DNA from: Nageia nagi
Taxonomy: Eukaryota > Plantae > Pinophyta
Reading direction: 5' to 3'
Assembly (NCBI GenBank): GCA_050084985.1
Contig: JBITNC010000001.1
Location: 150,536,001 to 150,600,000 of the forward strand
Length of the DNA: 64,000 nucleotides
Part shown: positions 28,540-40,175 of the stretch, one piece after another
How positions within the stretch are numbered: the stretch's first letter is position 1
Layout: each line of letters starts with the position of its first letter
Program-made: the position numbers and the translations under genes
Notes under the pieces: generated by a model
Databases searched by the model: none
What the model was told of the DNA's origin: nothing
Seen by the model: the letters and a program-made list of their open reading frames with translations, nothing else

Positions 28540-30050
28540 TGTATGTTTTGAGGGACATGCTTTTGCACGCCCCCTAAAACTTGCACCCTCCTCCATGCTG
28601 CATATTTCGTGTTAAATCTTGCATTTTAGGTCTCAAAACTACATTTTCCATGTCTATCATGCATGCTGCAAAAATTGCATTCCCTCCATTGCATCTCTTT
28701 TGGGGGATCATTCTGGTCGATTTTCAAAGAAAATATGCATTTTACCCCTAGGTGCATGTTTTGAAGGACATGCTTTTGCATTTCCGCAAAACAATGCGAA
28801 CAAGGCCCATAAGGGTCTCCCTACTTCGAAAATTTTTCAAGTTGTGAAGAAAAAGGAAAGAGCATATGTTTTGAGGGACATGCTTTTTCATTTCCCCTAA
28901 ACGGTGCGTCCAGGCTAGAGAAGAGGCTCAGTACTTAGTCATTTTTCTTGAGGAAATTATAAAGGAACTAGAGCGCATGTTTTGAGGGACATGCTTTTGC
29001 ATGTCCCCTAAATGGTGCGCCCAGCTACGAGGTATGAAATTCGGCTAAGTGTTGGACCCAAGCATTGACAAGTGTGATCACATGTATTTGACCTTCATTT
29101 GCACCAATCATATAGTGACACCTGTCCAGCCTCGGGAAGGCTATAAAAGGAAGTTCAGCCAGTTTGGATGGTCAAATTTGGAGCCTTGTGTGGAGCCCAG
29201 TCATGAAAGCACGTCCCCCAAAATGTGCGCCCTATTTTGGATTGTAATTTTCGAGGTCGTTTTCATTATTTTAAAATTCCATTGCATTGAGAGGTGTGCC
29301 ATAGCCTAGTCGCACCATATCTAGAGTGTGCTTAGGCACTCACCTAAATTGGTGCGCCCATTCTCAGACGTCCTTACCCATGTTCAAATTTGCTCAAGTA
29401 TAAAATCAAATCAAATTTGCTTAAGTATAAAATCAAAGTGTAGAAGGGCTAGACGCATGCTTTTGCACCCATCTCAAAAGGTGCGACTAGGATACAAAGA
29501 GCTTTCAAGTATAGTGTGAATAGTTTAAGTCCTTTTTCCATCAAAGTTGACAGGCGCATGTATTTTAAGACATGCTTTTCCACTCATCCAGAACTGTGCG
29601 CCCATCATTCTGGCTCCACCATTTGACCTTCCTATTAGCCACCCAGAGGGTGACACATGGCAAGCTTGGAGACTATAAATATTAAGTCATCCCCTTAAGC
29701 ATTTCACCACTTCATTTCAGTTTGCACTAAGCCCTCCAGTCGCATCATTTCAAGAACATGCTTGAGCACTCATCAAAATTGATGCGCTAAGGAGGAATAA
29801 GGGATTAGGGACGTGCCTATGCTACCAATCAGCCATGCTTAGCAGGAGCATTCCAGTTGAACATGAAAGTTTTAGGCGCATGCTTTCCAGCACATGCTTA
29901 ACCACTCACCCAAATCCATGCGCCCTAGTGTGAAGTGATGAATTGACCTTCCCAAGTGGAAATTGTGACCCCGAGATTGACTAAGTGACCCGCAGACTCA
30001 ATTGCATGTTTTTCAGACAGTGAAACAATACACATCCTAATCCGTGCGCC
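28540..30050. repeat. Dispersed array of about 11 imperfect ~48-nt hairpin repeats
   Basis: Best copy 28973-29020: GCGCATGTTTTGAGGGACATGC-TTTT-GCATGTCCCCTAAATGGTGCGC; other copies near 28540, 28751, 28862, 29203 (inverted), 29309, 29450, 29552, 29739, 29875, 30001. Confidence 0.75.
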
Positions 30051-30332
30051 TTGGGATCAAGGACCAAAATTGTTTTTAGTGTTAGAAGCCAGGAGTTGAG
30101 AAGTCAAGAAGACAAGTGGCAGACATGCATCATGCCATGCATGAACCCTCCATGCATCTGCTATAAATGAGGGCAGCCCTAGCCCATTTCTATAGGACAT
30201 TTTGCAGCCCAGACGTGCATGTCTGGCCATTTTTTGCTACAACCTCCGAGCATCGAGCTTGGTACTTAGTCATTTCTGGGGTGTTCCTAGCCATCTTTAG
30301 TCCTTTTTTGCAAATTTTTTCAGAATTCTAAG

Positions 30333-33300
30333 ATGAGTTCTAAAGTGAGGCCTCCAATCCAAGGCCAAGAAAATCCAGGGGCAACTTTTTGAAAGATGTT
30401 ACCATAGATCAGATGGAAGGGCTCCTGAGGGAGAGCTGCATAGAATTCCAAGAAAGAGAGAAACCAAAGCTCCATGAAGCCAAATTCAAGGGGAGATACG
30501 TCTTAGTTGGAGACACAGATTGGGAAATGTTGATCCCATCTAGACCATAGCCTCCACTGCCTCCATTAGCAAGGAGGATTTATCAGATGAACTCATCCAC
30601 TCTTGTGGATTTTTCAACACCACCATGATGCCTTTTGCAGTTCCATTTCTTGACTTGTGCTACGAGGTAGCCAAACGATGCAGATATGACAAGAGAGTCC
30701 TCCTGGACACCTAAGGAAATGTAATCATGGACTTCTCTCCGGAAGGGATTGAAACAATTTTTGCTTGGAAAAGATATGGAGTTGATTATACACTGACCAA
30801 TTCGGAGGAATTTCATGATTCTACTGTCCGGCTTGGATATTATATCAGAAGATGGTTGTATGAAGATTAATAGAGAATCCAAGGCTAGAGATTGATTAGC
30901 GCTCATAGGGAGGAATTTCTTCCTATAGTTGCTAAGTTGATCACTTTGTTGTCCAGAGTCACAGGTTAGGAGAATGACTCTAAGTATAGGAAGGAGTTCA
31001 TTGGGTTTATTGTAGTAATTAGCTCAGGGAAATCTATTAGATGGAGCAAGGTAATCAACGATGCCTTGCGCCACCAACTGGCTTACTTTGGCTCTTCCAG
31101 AAGATTTTACATGAACTCCTATCTTGTGTACCTGTTGTTGCACGACAAGCTCAGATCATTAGAACTTGCGGATGAAAGGCATTCCTGTGTGGCAGATTTA
31201 CCCGAAGTGGTGGTACCACAATAAGTTTTAGCATTTCTATGAGAGGATCGATTGGTGGGAGTATTCTATCTACAAAGACATCAAAGGGGAATCGGTGGTC
31301 AAAAGAATTTTTGATACTGCTATTCAAGCCATCAACGTACATGCAAATTTCTATCTGTAGTATGTTGTTCATACTTATATCAGAATGTATGGATCCGAAG
31401 AGCAACCCATACTGCCCGAATACGCTAGCGATAGACTCATTCTCATGGAATTTGCCGAACAGTTATTATTCTTGATGGAATGAGTATGGAGAAAAAAGGA
31501 TGCAACCATTAACTTGCCCATCTCAATCGCAAGTTATGTTTGCCAAATGTGGGTTCAGGCCAACAATACGAAGGAGCTGCAACTGTATGTCTTCTTCAAG
31601 GAGATGGCAGCCAAAAATTATGATCCTCAAGGTGTAATTGCTCAATTCTACAACACCGCATTCCAGAAACCCTTCGCTTATCAGCATAAACCTTCAGGGA
31701 ATGTGGAGAAGTACCGAAATGTGCAAGATGAGGAGATACCAAGGATAGATGCTCTATTGAGCAAAAATAAGGCTCCCCTTCACGCAGAAAAGACACCTCA
31801 AACACCCAAAATTGTGAAGGCAAGATCCAAAGAGGTCACACTAAGGATCAAAAGGTCTCCTCCTTCTGCGAGTGTTGTGCCTCCACAAGACAAAATGTCC
31901 TTGCTTCCCATCGGGAAAAGACAAGGAGCTTCAAGGGAGCACACCTCAGGACCTAGCAAACGCAGTGTGGTGATGGCTTATCTGAGAGATGCTAGCTATT
32001 GCACTGTCCCCTTCAGCATGTTGGACGAAGCATGTGCCGATGATTCACTCACTGAAGAAATGCCTTCTAGACCCATTTGTCCTCCTGGATGTGGAGAGAA
32101 AGTTCCCCTGTTGCAACCAAGTTCCAGTTCTTCCGAACAACCCACTTCTTCTGATGAAGAAAATGATGAAGAACCCGACCGTACAGTAGAAGGCTCCGAG
32201 GAAGAGATAGAGAGCCAAAGAAGTGATGAGGAGAGCTGCGATGAAGAGGAAGAAGAAGAAGATAATGATGATGCTGTCGATGAATAGTACCCCGAACAAG
32301 ATAACGTAGTTGTAGGTGCTTCTACACCTAATGAGATGGATATTGAGACTCTCCCAAATGACGATGAGGTTGTAGACGTTGGGACCTATGATGATGAGGT
32401 CCAAATTGTCGGAGTGGAGTGCGCCAAAGAGTTGGGTGTCTCCAAGCCCTCTCCTGCCGAACACAAAAAAGAGGTCATCCTCGTCTTCCCAGAAGCCCTC
32501 TGTGAAGATGACTAGCCATGAAAGATCCCCTCAACCACAAAAGAAAGGCATATCACTCAGTGGCAATGGTGGAGATGAAGAAGACGAAGGGGAGATTGAA
32601 GAACAAAAGAAGAAGAGAAAGTAGGACGAACACCAGGGTAGGGAGATTGCCCTTGTCTAGACCACTTCAACCAAGGAAGTCAAAAAGGTTAGTAGAGGCC
32701 AATTGCTGGTGTAGAGACTCCCTCCCTAGCTAGCAACTGAACATCCGGACCTTGACTTAGATGCTTGCCTTAGAGCCTTGAGCATGAGTATGGCTCATGA
32801 TGAGGAGATAGATCAGGACTTGAGATTTGAGGATGAAGAAGAGGAGCTCTCCGATGGTGAGAAGGTTAGAAGAGTTGATACATTTGTTTCCACTACTTAG
32901 AAAGAGATCTCCATCAGTCATTGTTATTCCAAGGAAAAACATCCTTAGAGGCCCGAGGATTGCATGATTGAGATGTTTAAGATGCTTGTAAAGTTGGGAC
33001 TGATAGCCCGTAAGCACATTGTGACCTAGAATGCGGTTGTCATGTAACAGGAAGGCTACGAAGCCAAGAAAGAGGTGAGGAGGCTCTCAAAAGGGAACTC
33101 ACGGCCAACAAGAAGATCATTAAGGAGTTCCAGATTGTTAGCACCACCCTTGTTAACCTGAAGAAGCAAGCCTCATTTTATGAAGGATGGGAGCTGATGA
33201 AGGACCAACTCAAGAAGGAGATGATGGAAACTATTGAGAAGCTGTCTTCTCAAATATATAGCCTCCTTGAGGAAGGTGTCAAAATCCGAGAACTCAAGTC

Positions 33301-33856
33301 CCAAATCACAACACACCTCGAGAAGTTGGATGGATATCTCCTGAATGTCAGCCATCTACGATAGGTTTTCGTTGATAGACTAGAATAATTGGTCTACTGC
33401 CATGAGTTTATGTATCAGCATGACTAGTTCAGCATGCATTTGAGAAGAGCAATGTTGTTTTGAAGGTAAGGATCCCCTTAAGAAAGGAGGTTGAGGAGCA
33501 AATAAGTAGATATGTGTACCAGCTTAGATTTCAGGGGGAGGATAACAATGTGTGAAGGAAGGAAGCAGTATTGGCAAAGGCCCAAAACTTAATCCAGGAG
33601 CATCTAGATGTGGAAGACCTCAGTTTGTTGAAGGCAAGGCATCCCATTGTCCATGAAAGGTAAATGGTCATCTGGAGACCAGATGCAGGCTACGTCCAAA
33701 CAGATTGGGGACTATTTTCAGCAGAACGACAGCATTGTTGGCATGGTTTCTAGAGGAGTGCGGAAAACCATGGCGTTCTTGGAAGAGACCATTGAGTCGT
33801 ACAGTCTCACCAGTGAGGATTGGAACTTTGCCAGTACCGGATCAAACCTATCCTAG
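30333..33856 (+). pseudogene. Degenerate retroelement accessory ORF (about 1170 codons; conserved N-domain, acidic middle, coiled-coil-like C-terminus)
   Basis: Fragments RFYMNSYLVYLLL, TYIRMYGSEEQPILPEYASDRLILMEFAEQL, YDPQGVIAQF (ORF 31514-32287) and E/D-rich tracts; many stops and frameshifts; TATA-like CTATAAAT at 30161. Confidence 0.65.
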
Positions 33857-35060
33857 ATCTGATCCACTCGCAAATTTTGTCTGCGATAATCTTTCTTTGT
33901 TTAATGCATATTAATGGTGGTTGTTGTTGTTATGTTCAAACTTTATTTGATTTGGGTGGTGAAGGGATGAGGTTTTTCTCCTGCCATATCAAATCTGTCA
34001 GACTTATTAATGGTTCTGATTGGTGCAGGGATGAGGTTTTGCTCTTGCCGGTGCAAAATTTAAACATTTATTGCATATCTGATTTTATTTTGCATAGGTT
34101 AGTGATAGATTAGATGCATTCCAGCTGTGGCATTTATATTTTGTCAGCTTTTAAGTGCCACTTGCATCGGTTTTTTGTGAGCAATAAGATTTTGTATCGG
34201 TATGTGTGTTGCATGTGTGCACACCATATCAGATTTTATGCCTTTAGGGCAACACTTCTAGTGGCCTATTTATACCCCATTCGGGCCATTTAGAAGGGGA
34301 TTTTTGCATATGTGAGAAATTTTACAAAAACTGGAGGATTTTTGCATAATGTTGATTGCATGAGATTTTGCATTTGTAAGAACTGGAGGATTTTTTGCAT
34401 TTGCAAAACTGAAGAATATAGCATATGTGCCATTTCTGCATATTATTGTCTATCTTTGAAGATTTTGCATATATGTGAATTTGCATATGAAAGATTTCAG
34501 TATTCCACTGTATAGAAGTTTGCTGCATAAGGGGTTCTATTATGATTGTGTATTGTTACATCTATGCTATACTTTGAATATCATGTTAAGGATACTGCAA
34601 ACAAGTAAGGAATGTTCTTGCTCATGTCATTGAATATCATTATGAATTGATTTGTTTTTGGAATAGCGTTATAAAGTAATTATTGTGGAGATTATCATTT
34701 GTGGGATCATGCATATTTCCCTGATGGTTTGAATAGTTTTTCCTCTTAAAGTGTATTCTTTTGAAAGCTGTGAGTTTCAAGAGAAGATTATTGAATATTT
34801 GTTGAAGTGGTTTAAGTTGTTCATTGCATGGTTTGCATGTAAGTAAATGTATTTTGGGGCATATAGCTTGTCTCTATGTCATTCGGTTAGACTTGTATAT
34901 TCACACCATCATTTTCTTTTACCCTACTCCATTAAGTCTTCCACCAAGACCCTACAACTTCCTACTCTCGTCTGGTAGTGATTTGAGCGCTTATTGCTAT
35001 TTGCTACCTGGCTTGATAGTGAATACATTTTTCTCAATGAATCCGGAGATGACCTGCTGA

Positions 35061-35402
35061 CATAGTTAGAAAAAATAGAATCGGATCAGAATAGTTTGGT
35101 TGCAAAATTCCGATTTTTTGAAAAATCGGACAAAATCAGCAAAAAAAATGATAAAATCGGCATGAGAAAAAATGAAGGAATTTGTTCGATTTTAGCTAAA
35201 TCTCAAAAAATCGGATAGAATCGGCAAATAATCAGCGGCCGATTCAATGCCATTTTTTTCCGAAAAAAATTGCGATTTTTTTGTCTAAAAGATCGGAATC
35301 GGAATCGGAAAAAATCGGATAAACACTTATTTGAAAAAAATTGGATCCCATTTGAATCGGATCGTTTGCTTGGCCGATTCCAATTTGATTTTTACAACTA
35401 TG
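35061..35402. mobile_element. hAT-type MITE (342 bp) nested in the 28358 unit
   Basis: TIR CATAGTT...AACTATG; 8-bp TSD CCTGCTGA / CCTGCCGA (one CpG-type mismatch); many AATCGG/CCGATT subterminal motifs. Confidence 0.85.
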
Positions 35403-35775
35403 CCTGCCGAGACACTGCATCACTGGTGATGTCTTCATAAGTTCATTATTCATATTCCTATGCATTTATCCCTGCATTTGTGATCTTTCTTCGCTTCCGT
35501 TCACATTTGCAGTCTTTCCTCTTTGTGGAAAACAAACTCAGACAGTGTATTTTCCTTGTATACGGTTAACAACAAGCATCTTTGACTATTGTGCCCTAGA
35601 CCATATTCGATGTGAGCGCTTGGGGTAACCAGTGCTTTTAGGTGGAAACAAGTAACGCTATTTCCTCCAAGTCTTGTGCATGTTTTGGGCAAAGAAAGAA
35701 AAACATACCAACACCATGGCCCCTCCATGTCCAATGTGGCCACATCTTCTTTCTTGTTCTTTTGACACCACTCAA

Positions 35776-37221
35776 TCATATCCAGCCCTTTATTGTCCAC
35801 TCGTTGACAATCATCACGGATCCCCTGAGTGTGAAGCAAGAATGTGGTCTAATGAACATCCAATCAGCAACCAACATTTCCCTCCAAAAATCAGCAAGTG
35901 TGTGATACTCAGGTCTGAAATCAACATGCAATGGCTCAAAATCAGTTTTCAATGTACCCCATGCATCATACGAACACATGATAACAGCTCCTATGGTGGA
36001 CAAGGAAGTTGCCAACATTGGTTCTTCAAAAATACCCCAACATGGTACATGGAAAATCATCCATGGAATCTTCAACTGTGTACTAACAGCAGGTAACAAA
36101 TCAATCCCTGATATACCAACAATAAGCCAATCAAAGTACCTATCCTTCTCATAATATACAATAGTCCATGCAGCCCATGCCTCATCAAATGCAGTCCCTG
36201 ATGGGTGAACAACAGCCCTAAAATCAGCAGCCTTTCTTTTCCATGTGCAGCCACAAAATGTAGTTCTATCAGTCATGAAGAATGCAGTCCAAGATGTTGA
36301 CAACAACAGCAACATTTCAGTCCTAACTGTCTCCACGATCATTGTCTTCAAGGGCAAAGATTTGGTCCCCAAAATCACCAAGCACTCAGTCCCACATGCA
36401 GCCCCAAACTCAGTTCTGGAGTAAAACTGAAACCAAAGTGAAAATGCGAGAAATGTGGCACTTCCTCTTGCAACGGATGAGTGAAGCTCAGATCTGTAAC
36501 ACGTGGTCTTTGACAGCCCAAAATCAGCCCTAAACATTGCCCAATCAGCTCTCCAATTTGTAATGACTATTTCATTTTGATTTTTGAACGCACACAACAA
36601 ATCTTCCCTCTTCTTGATGTTTTGGCTGTAAGTAAATATGTCATGAGAAAGTATGATGCCCTTCTCATGTTCAACTCTTTCAAAAGAAGCTATGGATTCC
36701 TGCAAACTCACAAACAACCAAAGTGAGCTAAAACAAGTGAGGCTAGTGCTCCATGTCATTTGCCAAAGATCCAAGTGGTTCCAAGGACCATCAAGTCCTT
36801 CATCATAGGCTGAAACTGTTTTCCCTTTCTTCTCTAAGGCTGATTTGGAAAGCTTCATGCTTTCATTTTCATTCCCCATGAACACCTCCAACCTTCTAAA
36901 TCTCCCATTGTGTGCTAAGACAATTGGATCCCATGGAGCGAGAAGTCTATTGCAATTCACATAAAGAATCGATTCTTTCCACATATCACACCTTGAAACC
37001 AAAGGCATGAAACTAGTATGTGCATACTCACAAGCCGATTGAAAGGTTTCAACATTCACACCTACATCAAGCTTCTTGTTCTTCACTACATTCTCAACAA
37101 ATAGGGGTGATTGTATTTTGAAGGAAACATCTTGTAGCTTTGCTTGACATACCTCATGTGCTGATACAATGATTTTTGATTTTCCAAGATCTGAAATAGC
37201 ATTTTCTTTGTAATGTACCAA
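35776..37221 (-). CDS. 481-aa open frame of unknown function inside a non-autonomous LTR element
   Basis: Longest ORF in the window; blocks QSPxFVExVxKxKKLDVxVNVETFQSACEYAH...LLAPWDP and LHxDF..RPEYHTLAD are shared with ORFs at 47697-49004; no gag/pol motifs. Confidence 0.45.
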   Translation of the reverse strand: MVHYKENAISDLGKSKIIVSAHEVCQAKLQDVSFKIQSPLFVENVVKNKKLDVGVNVETFQSACEYAHTSFMPLVSRCDMWKESILYVNCNRLLAPWDPIVLAHNGRFRRLEVFMGNENESMKLSKSALEKKGKTVSAYDEGLDGPWNHLDLWQMTWSTSLTCFSSLWLFVSLQESIASFERVEHEKGIILSHDIFTYSQNIKKREDLLCAFKNQNEIVITNWRADWAMFRADFGLSKTTCYRSELHSSVARGSATFLAFSLWFQFYSRTEFGAACGTECLVILGTKSLPLKTMIVETVRTEMLLLLSTSWTAFFMTDRTTFCGCTWKRKAADFRAVVHPSGTAFDEAWAAWTIVYYEKDRYFDWLIVGISGIDLLPAVSTQLKIPWMIFHVPCWGIFEEPMLATSLSTIGAVIMCSYDAWGTLKTDFEPLHVDFRPEYHTLADFWREMLVADWMFIRPHSCFTLRGSVMIVNEWTIKGWI

Positions 37222-40175
37222 AAATAAATATTTTTTGTAAATGTCTCCTACACTTAATTATAAAAGTGAAAAAGGAGTTCATGTGACTAGGAGACATAAC
37301 TTAAGTTGTGTTTATCTATGTTTTATATTTTTATTTTGTAATAGGGCACTTTAAGTGATTTTAGGGTTGGGAGATGTCAACTCCAAATTAGAATATGAGC
37401 TTATAAAAGGGAAGTGGGCATCCCATTTGAGGAAAGCTTGTGGATCATCTATTTTATTATTTTTGAGTGAAGGAGATTCCTTTCTCAACCCAAGTGTGCA
37501 TGTGTTCATGCATATTTGGATCTCAAGGGTTGTGGGCCTTAGTCTTGGGGGTGTTTGTACACCTAGAGCTAAAGGTAGCTATTGCTTGGGAGACTTCAGG
37601 AGTTGTGGGCCTCAATCTTGGGGATGCTTGCACATCTAGAGTTGGAGGTAGCGATTTCTTGGAGAGATCTTGAGGGTTGGAGGCCTTGCATGGGAGCCTA
37701 GCCTCATTCTGTTGCATCATTTTCAGATCTGGCCAATTTGTGGGATTTTTGTGAGCTTGGATCTGCATTTGTGGCACTTCAGCTATTGTATTGGTTTGAC
37801 ATCATTTTTTTTTAATAAAATTCCTTGGCTGATTCTCTCCATTATTTTTCATATTTTTCTGAGTTTTGACATTGTTCCTTGGCTGCAAGTTTATTTCTGT
37901 GTTTTGAGCATTCACTTGAGCAATAAAAATAAAAGGAACATTACATTCTTCTTTGCAATCTTTATCCTCCTCCATGTTAGATTCAAAGCCATCTTCACCT
38001 TCCTCACTATTATTTCCGGAAACCAAATATGAAACAACAATGGCTCTTTCCTCTTTCTTTCCAATATTATTACTTTCAACCACATCATGTAAAATTTCTG
38101 AATTACTGTCATTGAAATCAGAATTGCTTTCATAACTTATTGGGGTGTCAACATGGCTGATCCAAGATTCTTTCTTTGCCAATTCTCCTTCTTGTCCAAC
38201 GTTGGATGCCCAAGCTCCTTGGTGCTCAACGTGGGGTGCTAAACCTCTTCCTAGTTCAATGTTGGGTGCCAAGCCTTCTTTATGTCCAGCATGGGGTGCC
38301 AAATTTCCTCTATGCCCAACGTGTGATGTCAAGACTCCTTGTCTGTCCTTACCATCGAATCTAGGAATCTTATCAATTCCCCTTGATTCCCTCGAAATCC
38401 TTCCTTGGTATTTTTGCGGCCATGGTGAAGATGAACATGATGATGGAGAATGCGAAATTCTTCTTTTTGCATGAAGAGTGTCTTGATATCTGAAATCTTC
38501 TTTGGATTTGATGTCATTTTCTCCACACTCTCATATAGCTAGATCGGAGTGATCTAGGGCTGGTGTAACCCCCAACGTCTCTTCTTGGGGAGTTTCTTTG
38601 GAGAAATGCATCTAACTCCTTAGTACACTGTTGCATCTCTATGATCAATGATCTACAGAGATGTATGAGCTGATCATACTTCTCTGTTTCTTTCCATGGT
38701 GCCATAGTTGTCAAGACCCTAACTCACAAATCTGAAATCTTCATATTAAATTTTTCTAAGTAGCTAAGATAATAGATCAAGACTTTTTATACCTAAAAAC
38801 GGCCTTCAGATCTGTAGATATATCCTTAGAACCCTAGTCAACTTAGTCTAGGAATTCAGACTTTTCTGAAAAATTGCCATTTTGACCTCGAAACTAGTCT
38901 TTTAAGTGCAGCACCTCCAGATCTACTGGTTCAATTTGCTTCTAGCTGGATCTTAACCTCACAGGCTGGCCAAATCCAAGCTTTGATACCACTGTAAAGA
39001 TCTGAATACAATCTCAAGTGCAAATTAGCAAATTCAACCCAATAAACCCTAACGTCTAGCCTAGGGCATTTGAATCAAACATCCACAATGCACATATGCC
39101 AATGTCTAGTTACAATTAGCAATTATCAACCAACACAAGCTCATAATGCCAACGTATGGCTCATACAAACACATACATGCAAAATTAATCCAATGATGCC
39201 AACAGACATGTATCCACAACACAAATATGAGATCCAAATGCCCAACAACTGTGTAGAAGATATGAATTTAGTAACAATACAATACCGAGCTCCCAGAGCT
39301 AAACATTGGCCTTTAAGGAGCTGACTAGGGCACAACGTATATCCTCAATGTTGGACGGACAAATGGAACAATGGGACAATCTTGCTTCCTCAGAACCTGA
39401 ATCCTCTCCATTGAAGGAGCCCTCCTTTGATCCTGGTGACCAACTGAATGGTAGAAGCGCAACCTTGGAATACCATCGGATGGGCAAGGGTACTACACCA
39501 ATGTTGTAGACTAATAGGATCCCTCAGCCTGTTAATCCTCCTAGATGCTGCACCTAGGGGTTTGCTTAGTGTTTCTAAGTCTTCTTGTCCTTCGGATGGT
39601 ATGAGTGTAATAATAATCAAGCATATCCATCTATGAGGCTCCAATGTCCCTTTATAACACTCGGTTGGATCTGGATCTAACCTAGGAATCATCCCCAGCT
39701 CCTCTAATCCAACATTAGCATCCTAGAGAGCCCAAAATGCCCAACGTGCCTAGGGGTCAAGCATGCCAACGTGGGGGCTTGAAGTGCCATAAATGCCAAT
39801 GTGGGTGTCTGGAGTGCCATGCATACGAGGGTCTAGGAGCCATGCGTTGGGGTTGGGTGTCATCATGGGCCAATGTGCGGGTCTAGGAGTCTCCCCAAGG
39901 CTAGCGCATATACATAAATGCTTATTCAATCTCATAAGTGCTAAATAGACATTGGGATTCCCACAATCATGATCGGGATCTCCAAGTACAAGAAAACTCC
40001 TATTCTATGCTTGGGAGGGAGACGTCCCACTTGGGGCTCATAGTGGGGTCCATTGACCCATTAAGTCTTCTATCCCAAGCCATAACTAAAAGTACAATGC
40101 ACTAATAAAATATATTACAAAGGAGAATCCGTTGGATTCGATAATTATTTATAATAATACAAGGGGGATGTCACA

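Larger units (their letters stand above)
28358..35713 (+). mobile_element. 7.36-kb insertion with TGTTG...CAACA ends and 5-bp TSD: putative giant solo LTR containing an ORF
   Basis: TSD CCATG at 28353-28357 and 35714-35718; host internal region is collinear across it (compare 24050-24180); no terminal direct repeat and no gag/pol seen. Confidence 0.8.
26211..40175 (-). mobile_element. Second non-autonomous unit sharing LTR A3 (LTR A4 38993-40175); internal region 27396-28357 plus 35714-38992, interrupted by the 28358 insertion
   Basis: PPT repeated directly after A3 (27396); PBS rc TGGTATCAAAGC at 38980-38991; A4 runs TGTAAAGA...GATGTCACA; internal sequence resumes after TSD CCATG. Confidence 0.82.

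Noticed and set aside
28540-30050. Hairpin repeat-spacer array as a CRISPR array
   Set aside because: Repeats are degenerate, spacer lengths vary widely, there are no cas genes, and the context is a eukaryotic TE
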